A stretch of 64,000 bases of DNA from Octopus vulgaris (GCA_951406725.2 OX597817.1:174344001-174408000); one strand, 5' to 3'; counted from the stretch's first letter, positions 13,415 to 26,924 are shown. Made by a program: numbers and translations. The notes: generated by a model not told the origin, from the letters alone.

Positions 13415-14490
13415 TAATAATAAAATATTAGGGAATAAATCCAAACTTACAGTGAAAAATCAGATTTAGGATTGAATCCAATTTTATAGTAAAATATTAT
13501 ATTATATTAAATTAGAGATAAAACCACTATTAGGCAAATCAAACAATGAAAAACTTAAGCCAATACATAAAATTGATTAATTTATATTATTTTAAATATA
13601 TATCAAAATTATTAAAAGTTTAATAAAAGATAATGAGTAAAACACTACGATCGTTTCATGGCTGTCCAATTCGTAATAATTCGAGTTATGGTTACAGTCA
13701 ATCTTCAGGTGATTGAAATATCTCAAATATAATCAGAAATATTTAAACAATATTTTTAAGATATAAATAATATAATAATTTTACTTATAATAAACTCTAT
13801 TATCAAACTAGAAACATAGAACTTAACAATTATGATTATATCAAAATCGACTATAATGTTAAATATTAATTTTAATTTATAAGGTAGGAAACCCACCAAT
13901 AATCTAATATCGGTATTAGTCTATATCTAATTACATAAATATTTAAAAATGACTAATATATATAAATTATCAATGAAAATATATAAATGTATATAAATAT
14001 TATAATTAAGATCTAAAATAATCTCTATAAATAAATGTATATGCACATATAATAAACACCTAATAAATTTAATTTTTCATATTTAAAGATGAAATAGCTA
14101 ATTTCAAAATACAAATAAACAAACTTAAACGAACTTTCGGAAATCTTATTTAAAGCTATCTCATCTTTAAATATGAAAAATTAAATTTATTAGGTGTTTA
14201 TTATATGTGCATATACATTTATTTATAGAGATTATTTTAGATCTTAATTATAATATTTATATACATTTATATATTTTCATTGATAATTTATATATATTAG
14301 TCATTTTTAAATATTTATGTAATTAGATATAGACTAATACCGATATTAGATTATGGGTGGGTTTCCTACCTTATAAATTAAAATTAATATTTAACATTAT
14401 AGTCGATTTTGATATAATCATAATTGTTAAGTTCTATGTTTCTAGTTTGATAATAGTGGTTTTATCTCTAATTTGATATAATATATATAT
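13415..14490 (-). mobile_element. Penelope/retrozyme-like element with hammerhead and a 300-bp inverted repeat
   Basis: Arms 13797-14099 and about 14154-14456 are near-perfect reverse complements; 14451-14480 inverts about 13503-13532; both termini recur in a deleted copy at about 31750-31830; hammerhead at 13641-13714. Confidence 0.72.
13641..13714 (-). ncRNA. Type I hammerhead ribozyme, slightly decayed stem II
   Basis: Minus strand AAUCAC CUGAAGA uUGACUGU..ACAGCCAu GAAA CGAUCG UA GUGUU; GUA cleavage triplet; palindromic stem III. Confidence 0.7.
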
Positions 14491-14886
14491 ATTATTCATC
14501 TTTACTTTTAGTCGGCACCACTTCATACGGCCAATTTCCTTTACGGGAAGAAAGAGAACTTAGCGAGTGAGTGAGTGAGTGAGTAATGGTTACCTCCCGA
14601 GAGAAACACGTAAACACTTGCAGACTAAATAAGAACTAACAACAGGGCCATAAGTGATTCGCTCATCTATGTATTTACACATGAATTCATTCATCCGTTC
14701 TGCCATTCGTAATTACACGCATAACTCCGCTGGAGTAGACTCCATCAATTCTATGTTGATTAAGCACCATGTCGAATAAGAACACATATCAGTAATGCCC
14801 TGTGATTTAATCGATCGGCTCAACCAGAACTGGAGTTCCCCGTCAACTCATGCTAGGATGGTATCGCACAGAATTGTTCAAGTGTC

Positions 14887-16810
14887 ATGAATCGCTACAC
14901 ACGATTTACGATACGGAAAAGATTATTTGTTATCGTACTTTGCCTAACTCTACCGTGGTACTACATATCCAGCTATCTCCAAAACTTCGACAAATATGAA
15001 TCAGCAACGGGCCAATGTGTCTTGCCGAACATCGACCCGTTTGATGAATCCATAAAACAATTCATCCGTAAACTCAGTCCGTTACAATGTTCTAAGAACA
15101 ACGATTTCAGTTACCTTGACAACAAAGGTCGAGTACATTTGAATTGGACAGCTGGTCGTCTTCTTGGATTTCACCGAAATCAGACATACTGTGTGTACAA
15201 TGTTATCAACAGATACGATGATGATGATCATATCCTATACCAACCTGCCCGGACAGTGGTTTTTCCCATGGACATACCTTCTGACTTCTTCCGTATTACA
15301 TGCGCGGATGAATCTGGTTCCTCTTACAGCAATCTACACGCTCATATTTTCCCTACAAATATCACAAATGAAAAAGTTAAAAAAAGGTCAAACCCTCGGA
15401 AACAGTATAATGTTTTCATATTTGGAGTCGATTCTGTCTCCAGGTTAAACTGTTTGAGGATGCTTCCCAAAACCTATAAGTATCTCACCCAAGAACTAGG
15501 GGCGTTTGATTTTCAAGGTTACACCAAAGTTGGAGATAACACTTTCCCGAACATGGTACCATTACTCACAGGGATGCATCCTTATGAAGAGTCGTCGAAA
15601 TTACCGTATGTAGATCCCTCATATCATTTTTATGATTCTTACCCTTTGTTATGGAAGAACTTTTCCGATGCCGGTTACATCACGATGTTTGCAGAGGACG
15701 AACCGTTACTGGGTATTTTTAACTATTTATCAAAAGGTTTTAACCAGCAACCAACTGATCATTATATGCGACCGTTTTGGCTTGCTTTGGATGACACTCA
15801 CCCTAGCAATAAGTTTATCAGTCCCTTCTTGTTAATGCTGGAGAATCATGAAGTCCAGCTTAGTAAGTCTTCGACCCTTTGCTTCGGAAATATTCCCAAA
15901 CATGTTGTCTTGATGAATTATTATAAATATTTCACAATGAAATACAAAAAAACACCCCGGTTTGGATATTCCTGGTTAACAGAACTTGGTCATAGTCATT
16001 TAAACATTGTACAGTTGGCTGACAACGATTTTGTTAATTTCCTAAAATCTTTAAAGGATAATGGTCAACTAGATAACAGTTTTTTGATTTTTATGAGTGA
16101 TCATGGACACAGGTTCGATTCTATACGCCATACGTTAATTGGACGCATTGAAGAAAGAATGCCGCTTTTTTTAATGACAATACCCAAAGGTTTCAAAAGA
16201 GACTATCCAAGCGCAGCAGCTAATCTGCTCGCTAATACTAAAAGACTTACAAGTCCGTACGATCTCCATCAAACATTGAAGGATATTCTGTCATCTGATT
16301 ACGAAAATAACAATGCAAAGAGATTAGCATCGACAAAAGGAGTGAGTTTATTTAGCAGAATCAGTAAGCAAAGGAGTTGTGCAGATGCTGGCATTAGTGA
16401 AAACTACTGTCCATGTTATAAAATAAAACCTTTAAACACAACAGAAAATAATGTGAGCCAAGTTTATTCTTGACAAAATTAATTCTCTTCTCCAACCCTG
16501 GAGAGGCATATGTAGCAATTTAAAACTGAACAGTATTAAAAGCAGCGATAAAATTGTCCCTCATGCAAGTCTGAGAGAAGAAAATGGTTTCTTTGCGTCT
16601 TTATTGAAACACCAGGAACCGGAAGAGGGTACTTACACTGTTGTTGTTGAAACAGTCCCTGGTTTATCTTTGTTTGAAGCCTCAGTGAACTACAAAAGCA
16701 ACACTGATATTAGTCTCTATGGAGAAATAAGCCGAATCAACCGATACGGTAACCAATCAGATTGTATAAGGAACAAACGGATGAAACTATACTGCTATTG
16801 TATCGCGTAA
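14887..16810 (+). CDS. DUF229 family (alkaline phosphatase/sulfatase-superfamily) type II membrane protein, intronless, about 640 aa, with one +1 frameshift near 16456 (pseudogene or assembly indel)
   Basis: 528-aa ORF with N-terminal hydrophobic anchor and DUF229 motifs NVFIFGVDSVSR, FQGYTKVGDNTFPN, GYITMFAED, FMSDHGHRF, EERMP, RLTSPYDLHQTL, RSCADAGISENYCPC. The +1 frame from 16457 is open to 16810 and reads AKFILDKINSLL...TVPGLSLFEA...ISRINRYGNQSDCI...LYCYCIA*, the typical DUF229 C-terminus. Confidence 0.88.
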
Positions 16811-17090
16811 AAACGGTCTTGAAGACTAGCAGCATTGCGCATGCGTAATAACATACTTCACCACATACTGACACAACACTTCTCTTTCACCTACCACGTA
16901 ATTTTATTTATATTTATATATAGAAAAAAAAGACTAAAAATAGAACCGATTGAAAGCAAAACAGTATTATACACACACATACATACATGTACACTTCGTT
17001 TTTGTATTTGGTTTACAAGGTTCTGTATGAGAACTCGTGCATTGAAACGAATCTTGTTGCATCTTGGGAAGGTCATTATGAAAATAAATA

Positions 17091-17486
17091 CAGGCTCAGG
17101 CGTGGCTGTGCGGCAAGAAGCTTGTTTCCCAACTACATGGTTCCGGATTCAGTCCCACTGCATGGCAACTTGGGCAAGTGTCTTCTACTATAGCCTCAGG
17201 CCGACCAAAGCTTTGTGAGTGGATTAGGTAGATAGAAACTGAAAGAAGCCCGTCGTATATGTATGTGTGTGTATGTATTTGTGCGTCTGTGTTTGTACCC
17301 CCACCATCGCTTAACAACCGATGTCGGTGTGCTTACGTCCCCGTAACTTAGCGGTTCGGCAAAAGAGACCGATAGAATAAGTACTAGGCTTACAAAGTCC
17401 TGGGGTCGATTTGTTCGACTAAAGGCGGTGCTCCAGCATGGCCTCAGTCAAACGACTGAAACAAGTAAGAGAATAAGAGAGAGAGA
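17091..17486 (+). mobile_element. tRNA-derived SINE family B (internal microsatellite)
   Basis: gtggctgtg.ggta.. / gg.ttcagtcccactg pol III-like boxes, central (TA/TG)n, tail gactgaaacaagtaa; multiple copies. Confidence 0.85.
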
Positions 17487-17520
<34 letters not shown>

Positions 17521-17570
17521 ATATGTATATATGCATGTATATATATATATATATATGTATGTATATATAT

Positions 17571-17755
17571 GGGGAGAGTTTACGAAAAAAGACAAAAGAC
17601 GAAGGCAGGTGGAGTACAAAACAAACAGATGTATTAGTATAACGCTCAGGAATAGAAAAAGTCTTTTATGTTTCGAGCCTATGCTCTTCTACAGAAAGGG
17701 ACACAGAAAAAACAAGGAGAGAAAAAAATGTGTGTAGTGGCTAACGATCTATCAC
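17571..17755 (-). repeat. Short interspersed repeat family with hammerhead-like variant motif (other copies about 26750-26915 and 60085-60262, opposite strand)
   Basis: Three homologous copies next to (TA)n; minus strand CUUU CUGUAGAA GAGC AUAG GCUC GAAA CA UA AAAG. Confidence 0.55.
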
Positions 17756-18302
17756 CACTTGACAACCAGTGTTGGTTTGTTTGCATCCCTGTAACCTAGC
17801 AGTTCGGTAAAAAAATACCTATAGAATAAGTACCAAACTTAAAATAAGTACCGGGGTTGATTTGTTTTAACTAAAATTCCTCAAGGTGGTACCCCAGCAT
17901 GGCTGCAATCCAATACCTGAAATGTGTAAGAGAATAAAAGAATGAAATAGTATAACAAAGTGTACGAGTGCTTATGAGTGTAATTGTAAATTCATGTTGT
18001 CTCGCACTGAATAATGATATCCATTAATTTACCGATTCTATATTTTCAGCTATTGGAGTCATGTCAGATTACATTGAAACCATTTAATCATATTCCTTAC
18101 CATTTCCTTTTTTGACAAAGAGGTTTTTAGACAGGTACATTAGCAGACATTCTAAACATGTTTGTAAAACAATATCATAAATAGGTATGGCAGAAAATGA
18201 TAGAAAATACTGAAGAAAACTGCCATTTTTACATCCACCACCAGTAATAATAATGATGATGATGATAAAAATAATAGTAGTAATAATAATAATAATAATA
18301 AT

Positions 18303-18340
<38 letters not shown>

Positions 18341-18557
18341 TAAATGAAAATAACAACCCTAAAAAATATTTTGTAGCCATGTCATTTTAATAATGAATGA
18401 AGGGATGGGGTATTTAATCTATATGAAAACTGTTTCAGACGGAATACTTAAGCTGTTTATCAATCAGTATGCATGAAAGTGGAACCGATCAATGAATAAA
18501 TAAATTTCTGAGAGGCAAATGAAACAAAAGAATAAATAGAAGACAGACAGACAGACT

Positions 18558-18595
<38 letters not shown>

Positions 18596-18646
18596 GATAA
18601 ATTGAGAGTCAAATGAGTAGGAGAAAGAAAAGTGCTGTGTATGTGA

Positions 18647-18686
<40 letters not shown>

Positions 18687-19799
18687 AAATATATATATCA
18701 CATACATATAAATATATATTACATATATATACATCTGTATTCACACACATTCACATATTTATTCATTGGAGATGGAAGAGATCGAAGAGAGAAAGAATGG
18801 GACATTTTATAGATTATATACACTGTAATTTCAATAATAAAAGATGAACAGTGATGCAAGGCTAGCACAACATTTACTATTCCTATTGCTAATAATAATA
18901 ATAATAACAATAATAATAATGATAATAATCACAATATAAACCCAGTACTAAAGTAAAAGTAAATGATTGATAAAAAAAAGAAAAACAAATGATTTTCAGT
19001 TTAAAAATTGATATTGAATATTTTATGATTTCTGAAATAAGTCAAAGGTCCTGAAAGTAAATCCATATTAAAGGTCTTGGGTTGCGGTGGAGCAATAAAA
19101 ACAACTAAAAAAAAACCATTTGATCAATAACTACAAAGGTGTTAGATCAGATTTCAATGTTTCTTCCTTGCAAATTATAATTTTTTAAAAATTATATTTT
19201 TTTTATTACCATTTTTTCTTTACATCCATTTATTACCATTGTATTAACGTCTATGTTTGGAATGGTTTTCTTATGAATTTGAATTATTATACACTGATAA
19301 ATTCTAGTTGGTTGCGTCATCTCCTGATTTATAGTCACAACATTTTGGCCATTGTACTCTTTGGCATTATTCAATACTTGTCATATTTGATAATCAGCAC
19401 ACCTTGTTGTCATCATCATCATCATCATCATCACTATCATTATCATCATCATCACCATCATTATCATCATCATCATCATCATCCATTTTCCTTGCTGACA
19501 TGGATCGAATAGTTTGACAGGAGCTGACCAGCTGGAGGACTATGCCAAGCTCCAATGTCTGCTTTGGCATAGTTTCCACAACGGGATACCCTTTCTGATG
19601 CCAACCACTTTACAGAGTGTACTGCGTGATTTTTTTTGTGGCACCAGCACTAGTGAGGCTGCCAAGTAACTCACAAGACAAAAAAATGCTCCCTCGACTG
19701 ATTAGGAGTGTAGTAGAAAGTTGGCATTATGCCAGGTATTTAGAGGCTAAAGTTTGATAAAGGGCAATGGAATTTGAAACTGAACTCCTTTATTAAATC

Positions 19800-20090
19800 T
19801 ATCATCATCATCATCATCATCATTTAGCGTCCGCTTTCCATGCTATCATGGGTTGGACAGTTCGACCGGGGTCTGGGAAGCCAGAAGGCTGCACCAGGCT
19901 CCAGTCTTATCTGGCAATGTTTCTACAGCTGGATGCCCTTCCTAACGCCAACCACTCCGTGAGTGTAGTGGGTGCTTTTTACGTGCCACCGGCACAGGTG
20001 CCAGACGGGGCTGGCAAACGGCCACGGTCGGATGGTGCTTTTTATGTGCCACTGGCATGGGGGCCAGGCGAGGCTCGCAACGGCCACAAT
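19800..20090 (-). mobile_element. 5'-truncated RTE 3'UTR copy
   Basis: (atc)n tttagcgtccgctttccatgc... same UTR as 27608 and 59162. Confidence 0.75.
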
Positions 20091-20979
20091 TTTTCTCATT
20101 CTGTTACTCTATTGTATATGATATGGCTAATTTATTATGTTGGACACAGAGATTGAACTCATGCTCACTATCTAATCTGCTACCCTTAACAAATAATCAA
20201 TACATATATTCACCATTCTCCTCTACTGACAATGGTTTAGTGAACAGAAGCATTGTTTCCTTACTGCATATTTATTTCTGGTCAGATTTTTAATACTCTC
20301 TGCATTAGATATTTTAAAAAGTAACTTAGCTATTGATTTTTCATACAGATGGTGTCTCTGAATTAAAATGACTTTGCCTAGGGTTGTTAACAGCGTAACT
20401 AACTTGGACAAGTTCCAAAATCAGATTGAACAAAAAGGAAAACATGGTTCTAGTTTGAGTTTTTTAGTTAAAAATATTTATTATTAACAAAGTTAAATGC
20501 TTTTGATAAAGTTTTCTTCTGAACCAAGTGTCAGAAATGGCATGGTACGTGATCAATTTTATTTGTGTACATGTGTGTGAGTATGTATCTTGACATTGTG
20601 TGATTGATGTGAAATTGAGAACTGCCATGAAATTATGTCAGGCCATGGGGAAATATTACCTTGTTTGGAAACAGGTGAGGGTTGATATAGAAAATCTGCC
20701 TCAATAAATTCTGTCTGACCCATGCGAGCATGGAAAAGTAGATGTTAAAATAATAGTGATGAGGATGATGATAATTTATATGTATGTATGTATGTTGCTT
20801 TTTGAATGAATGAGAAAGGAGTGCTCAATACATGTTGTAGAGGATATGGTTTTGTTCTGAAATTGAAACTGAGAGTTTGCCCCATGAGTTCATTTTTATG
20901 CCACTGCATTTTGCCTGCAGATAGCAGTGACATGAAACTCAAGCCACTAAACAAATGGCTTCCAGTCTGAATAAAGAAA

Positions 20980-21028
<49 letters not shown>

Positions 21029-21047
21029 TTATATATATATATATATA

Positions 21048-22025
21048 CAGAGCAGGGTCATCAGTATAGGGAAGCTCCCAAGAGCATCCTGTCTTAAATT
21101 CCTCTGTTATTGCCTGGAATTCTTCACTATACTCGTTGCCAACCTTCACCTTACTGATTGCATCCTCGTACAAGGCTTGTACAGCTCTCACTAACCACTC
21201 ATCTATCCCTAGTTTCCACATTGACCACCGGATAAGGGATTGTGGGGGACCCTGTCAAAGGCTTTTTCCATGTCAATGAAAGCCAGGTACAGAGGTTTAT
21301 CTTTGGCTAGGTATTTCTCTTGCAGCTGTCTTACAAGAAATATAGCATCAGTGGTACTTTTCCCTGGCACAAACCCAAACTGCATCTTCTCTAAACTGAC
21401 TCTCTCCCTAATTAGTTGGGCTATGACCCTCTCTGTGACTTTCATTCCCTGATCCAAAAACTTGATACCTCCATAATTATTTGTATCTTATGCATCGACT
21501 ATGGTGCTGCTACACCAGTCATTCGGTATGACTCCTTCATGTATCACCTGGTTGACTATATGGGTGACTAGACTATAGCCAACACTGCCAGATATTTTTA
21601 GCATCTCTATGGTGATTCCTGATGGGCCAGGGGCTTTCCCTGTCTTCATACCCTTAATTGCTTTATCTACCAAGGTACTGTCAATTCGGATAGCTGGTCC
21701 CTCTGTTGGGTCGGCATTCGGCAGACTCTCTTTCTCCCATTCATTCTCTTCATTTAGCAACCTTTCATAGTGGCATCTCCAAGTCTCTCTCCTTGTAGCC
21801 TCATTAAATTCAAGTGAGCCATCATCCATGTGGACACATTTCTCTCCTATGACATCACGATTCTCTCTCACACACTGTCTTGCAACACGAAACGCATCAA
21901 GCCTTTGGTCCTCATGATGCAGAACATTGGCAATTTTTTTCTGATCTGCTTCCCCTCTGGCTAAGTAAACCTCTCTCCTAGCTTTCCTTCTGACAATCTG
22001 ATACAATTCCCTGCTACCACCGTTA
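21048..22025 (-). mobile_element. RTE-clade LINE reverse transcriptase fragment
   Basis: MKTGKAPGPSGITIEMLK, IPNDW, QFGFVPGKSTTDAIFLVRQLQEK, LYLAFIDMEKAFDRVP, LPYTDD; frameshifted and internally deleted. Confidence 0.9.
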
Positions 22026-22103
22026 TGTATTTATATATATATATCTATATATATCTATCTATATATATATATGTATATATTAATCAAAATCTACAGAATT
22101 ATA

Positions 22104-22193
22104 GCCACTCTTACCAATCAGTTTCACAGTAGGGGTTCAACAGAATGTTAGGCAACTGTCCGATTATGTAACCCTATGCTCTTCAGAGGTAGC
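22104..22193 (-). ncRNA. Decayed type I hammerhead ribozyme
   Basis: Minus strand GCUACCU CUGAAGA GCAUAGGG..CCCUACUGU GAAA CUGAUUGG UA AGAGUGGC; stem III is explicable as CpG-decayed palindrome CCGAUCGG. Confidence 0.6.
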
Positions 22194-22677
22194 CGTTATG
22201 GAAATATATATGGTAACTTCTCTTTATTGTTGGAAGTGAATAGACACATCTGGTTTGTGGTTGCTGTGAAAAAGATGATGAAACACATCCTGGGGAGCAG
22301 CAAAATAGGTATAACACTTGCTTAATTTCTATATTTCATTTCATTTCTCTATTTCTTTTTTCAAATCTAAGCAATTCATAAGTCACTTAAGGGATCTGTG
22401 GGAGATGCCTAGTTCATTGGAAGGTCTCTTTTTTGATTTCTGGGGAATTTGAGTGAATGCTTGATTTAATTTTCTTCAGTGATAACACTTACTGTTCAAT
22501 CACTTTTCTGTTCAATTGCAGATGGGCCAGTCTGTTCAGATTCGCCACATTTCCTGTAAACTGTTAATCTTGACATTCTATCTATTTCTATTTAACAATT
22601 TCTGCATTCTATTTTACCATTGCTGCTTGATAATCCAATTTCATTCCTTGTTAATCAAATTTCCAGCTATATAATAA

Positions 22678-23068
22678 ACTAGCAGTATTGCCTGGCGTTG
22701 CTTAGGTTTGTTTTGACCCTTTAGAATGGGAATTTTTGAAAAGTAAAAATTTTGCATTATGTAGCTTGTTATTCTCATTAAGTGAACTTTTTTCTGGTTG
22801 AAATACACCAAAAATGGTGACACAGCAGTCAAAAAATCGTAAAAAATAGGGATTTTCATAGAAAAAAAGCACCTTTTTGATGTAAATAATTTTTGGTCTT
22901 AACATGGTCCGATTTGAATTTTATCTTCTACGGAATGAAGAGCAAGCCTTCTTCTATCATACTCTCAATTTTGGTCAACTTGTTCCGCAGGGTCTCAGAG
23001 GAGATAGTGTTAGTTGAAGGCTACCAAACCTGCCACACACAGACAACTTCAGCTTTATATATATAGAT
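22678..23068 (+). mobile_element. Non-autonomous Helentron/HINE-like element, copy 1
   Basis: actagcagtattgcctggcgttgc start, ...cagacaacttcagctttatatatatagat end; near-identical inverted copy at 42544-42930. Confidence 0.7.
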
Positions 23069-23621
23069 ATATGAAATTAGGAATAATTATTTTATTATAA
23101 AAAGAATTAGTTAAAAAAGAACACAGAATTATAGAATTCTTCTCTTAACAATAGAGAAATGAAAAGAACATTGGACTTCTATTAAGCACAGCTGTATCCC
23201 TACTTTTTCCCACCTCTGTATTGAATGCAAATTCAAGTACAGCTGCGTTTATGTTTCAGTTGCATATTCATTCATGTCCTTCAAATAGATTCTGGCATAT
23301 TCACAAAGATCCACTCATTGTTGGTGTAAGGAAATATAAGGTTGTAACTTTAAGCCTTTAGATTGTAGTCAACAAACTGATGGAGAGATCTTACACTAAC
23401 AATCATTAATTAGGTATAAAATAGAGGAAGGTATATATTTCACCTAGCTCCACCCAACACACACACACAAACTTATTTATATATATGCTGATATGTATGT
23501 ATATATACATACATACATAAAGACAGAGAGAGACGTACATATATGTATATACATACAGACATACATACATACATGCACACTTACATACATACATACATAC
23601 ACACTTACATACTTACATGCA

Positions 23622-24028
23622 TACTCTTTACTTGTTTCAGTCATTTGACTGCGGCCATACTGGAGCACCGCCTTTAGTCGAGAAAATTGACCTCAGGACT
23701 TACTCTTTGTAAGCCTAGTACCTATTCTATCAGTCTCTTTTACTGAACTGCTAAGTTACTGGCTGTAAACACACCACCATCGGTTGTCAAGCGATGTTGG
23801 GGGGCCAAACATAGACACACAAACATATACACACACACACACACATATATATACATATACATATATACGACGGGCTTCTTTCAGTTTCCATCTACCAAAT
23901 CCACTCACAAGGCTTTGGTCGGCTGAGGCTATAGTAAAAGACACTTGCCCAAGGTGCCACACAGTGGGAATGAACCTTGAGGCATGTGGTTGGTAAGCAA
24001 GCTACTTACCACACAGCCACTCCTATGC
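23622..24028 (-). mobile_element. SINE family B
   Basis: Homology to 17091-17486. Confidence 0.85.
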
Positions 24029-24620
24029 TTTCTTTTCCTTTCTTGCATTAGTTTCAGTTATAGGTGATTAACTGGCAGAATTATTAAATTTTGAGTTCAA
24101 ACTCCACTAAGGTCAACTTTGAATGTCATCCTTTCATAGTTTTTAGATAAAGAACCAGCTTAAGGTGGTGGACTGATGAAATTGTAAGGGCTTGTAATAT
24201 TTCCTCTGACTCTTGTGTTCTAAGTTCAAATCCTTCCATGGCCTTCATGGGTGGTAAACTTTATCCATCATTAGTTTAACATCAGCACCTGGTCCTTGGC
24301 TACCTTTACTGGAGTTCATTCTGTTACAAGCATTTTGGATTAGGTCTTCACTTTGAAGATCTCTTCCTCTCTTCCTCCCTTTCACCAATGTTGGAGACCC
24401 TAGGAAGTTTCATGGGCCCTTCTTTGCTGACTATGTAATAAAAATGAAAGAACACAGTGAATTGTGGCCAAGCTGGGGCATTACTTTCATGAGTTTTAGT
24501 TGATATATTGATTCCAGAACTTATTTAAATTTGGTACATATTGTATACCATCCTGTTTGTCAAACTGCTAAGTTATGGCACATAACAAGACACAACATGA
24601 ACATAGACAGTGTAAACGTA

Positions 24621-24665
<45 letters not shown>

Positions 24666-26513
24666 CACACACAAATGCATACACGATGGACTTGCATGCA
24701 GTTTCTATCAACCAAAATTTAATTCTCAAGAGATTGGTCAATCTGGGACTGCAACAAAGACGACACTTGTCAAAGTTGTGCAATGTGAGATTGAACCCAA
24801 AATCATATGGCTGCAAAGTGAACTTTCTTAATCACACAGCTATACTTGCATGTACACAATGCAGACACATTCATTTACACACATGCTACATGTTGTGTAG
24901 TGTTTTCAATTTAAGATTTAAAATACTCACTATATTTTACTCAACTGCTTGTCAAGAAACTAAAAGTAATGTCGAATTTTTACTTGAAAGTAATCCTCTT
25001 CCCCACTCCCTCCTCCGTCTATACATCTAACTGTCCACTAACATTTCATCTATGTGCATTTAAGAGTACAGATGTCAGTGTGGTCCTCAAAATAGCAGGC
25101 ATCCAGCTGACAGACTGATGGTTCATATCTTGTCACTGGCAATAAATATCATGTTTGTGGTCATGGTGTTAAGCTCTGTCTACCTCACCATAAATAGTTA
25201 AGGTTGGATAGGAATATCTCGGCAGTGGTGAATGGAAGTTGAACATCTGACAATAGATGAATTGATCGAGAGTTGAGAGAAAGAAAAACAGAAACAGACA
25301 GGAGGTGATCAACCAACAAAGAATTATTGATTTGTAATTTATTCCAAAGTAAGGGCAGTGAAAAACAGAATCATTTGAATGTCACAAAATACCTTGTGGT
25401 GTACATTTACAAACCCAAGTTCAAATCCTGCCAAGGTTTTCTTTACTTTGTGTTCTCTTGGTTCAATAAATTAAAATACCATTGAGTCCTTAATTATTTA
25501 TTTAAGTCTTTCACTCTCTGTGGAGCATAGGCCATTTATGCATTTCCTCTGCTGTTCTCAAATCTAGGCTGTCTTTTTTGCTTTACAGTGTAGCCTATCC
25601 ACTTGCACTTCAGGCCTTGAGAAAAGGTGTTCTTCTCCCAGGTGTTGTTGGTTTTGAATTGTCATCAGTGCTTCTGTAACTTTATGTTTTTAGGTAGGGG
25701 TGCTGGCCCTATACAAACCCATTTTATCTCTGGGAGGGAAAGGTGATCCATATTAGTATGGCCTCTACTCTTTGAGCCGTCCAGCAAAAGAAACCCTATT
25801 AGGAACATACACAAATGCATGCACACACACATGCATACACACACACACACGCACACACAAACACACACACACACACACATGCACACACACACACACGCAC
25901 ACGCACACACACACACACAAACACACACAATGGACATTCACAAATCTCAAGTTGTACACAGAATTATTGGAAAACATTCAATGTCTTACATATTGTACAC
26001 AACTTGAGGTGTCTGCCTCGCTTTAAAGTTTGTTGTCCTCTTTAACAATTATATATCTGCTGCATTGGAAATCTGTAATGGCTCCATAACTACCATCTCA
26101 GCTATAACCTTGGAGCCTTAGTAATCCGTTACAGCACTTACCCAGCGTACCTAATTGATCACCTGTGAACTAAACCCCCATACTTTGTGTATATATATGT
26201 ATATATATATTTATCTAACATCTGTTTTCCATGCTGGCATGAGTTGCATGGCTTGACAGGAACTGGTAAGGCCAGAAGCTGAACCAGGTTCCAAAATCTA
26301 TTTTGGCTTTGTTTCTACTGCTGGATGTCCTTCCTGATGCCAACCACTCCACAGAGTGTATTGGGTGCTTTTTATGTGGAACTGTCACAGGTGCTTTTTA
26401 TGTGACTCCAGCAATTGTTCTTTTTACTCTGCACCTTGATTTTAGAATTTCAATTCTCTTGTGGTGGGTGGGTCTTCTTGAATACAGCCACATATTTCGG
26501 TCTTCTGTCATCT

Positions 26514-26551
<38 letters not shown>

Positions 26552-26924
26552 AAACAAAAATAGCCAGTGATATCTGTCAAGGTAGAATCCGAAAGAGTAT
26601 GAAGATCCAGTGGTAATCTGGGTGGAGTGCTGGTATGTGGATGAGGAGAGGAACTGAAAGTTCAGGAAGTTGTTAAGGTACAAGTCCAAGAGATAAGAAT
26701 TTCAGTCGGGAAGGATCAAACTGGGGTATCCACATGAGCTGAACTCTACACAGTTTTTCTCACTCTGTTTTTTTTTTGTTTGCTCTCCATTTTTATCTCT
26801 TATTCCTTTCTGTCGGAGAGCATAGGCTTTTCCATTTTTCCCAAGCATTAAACTAATACAACTGCTTGTTGTTCCTACACCTGTCTTCAGCTTTTGTTTT
26901 TTGTAAATTTCAACTATATGTATA

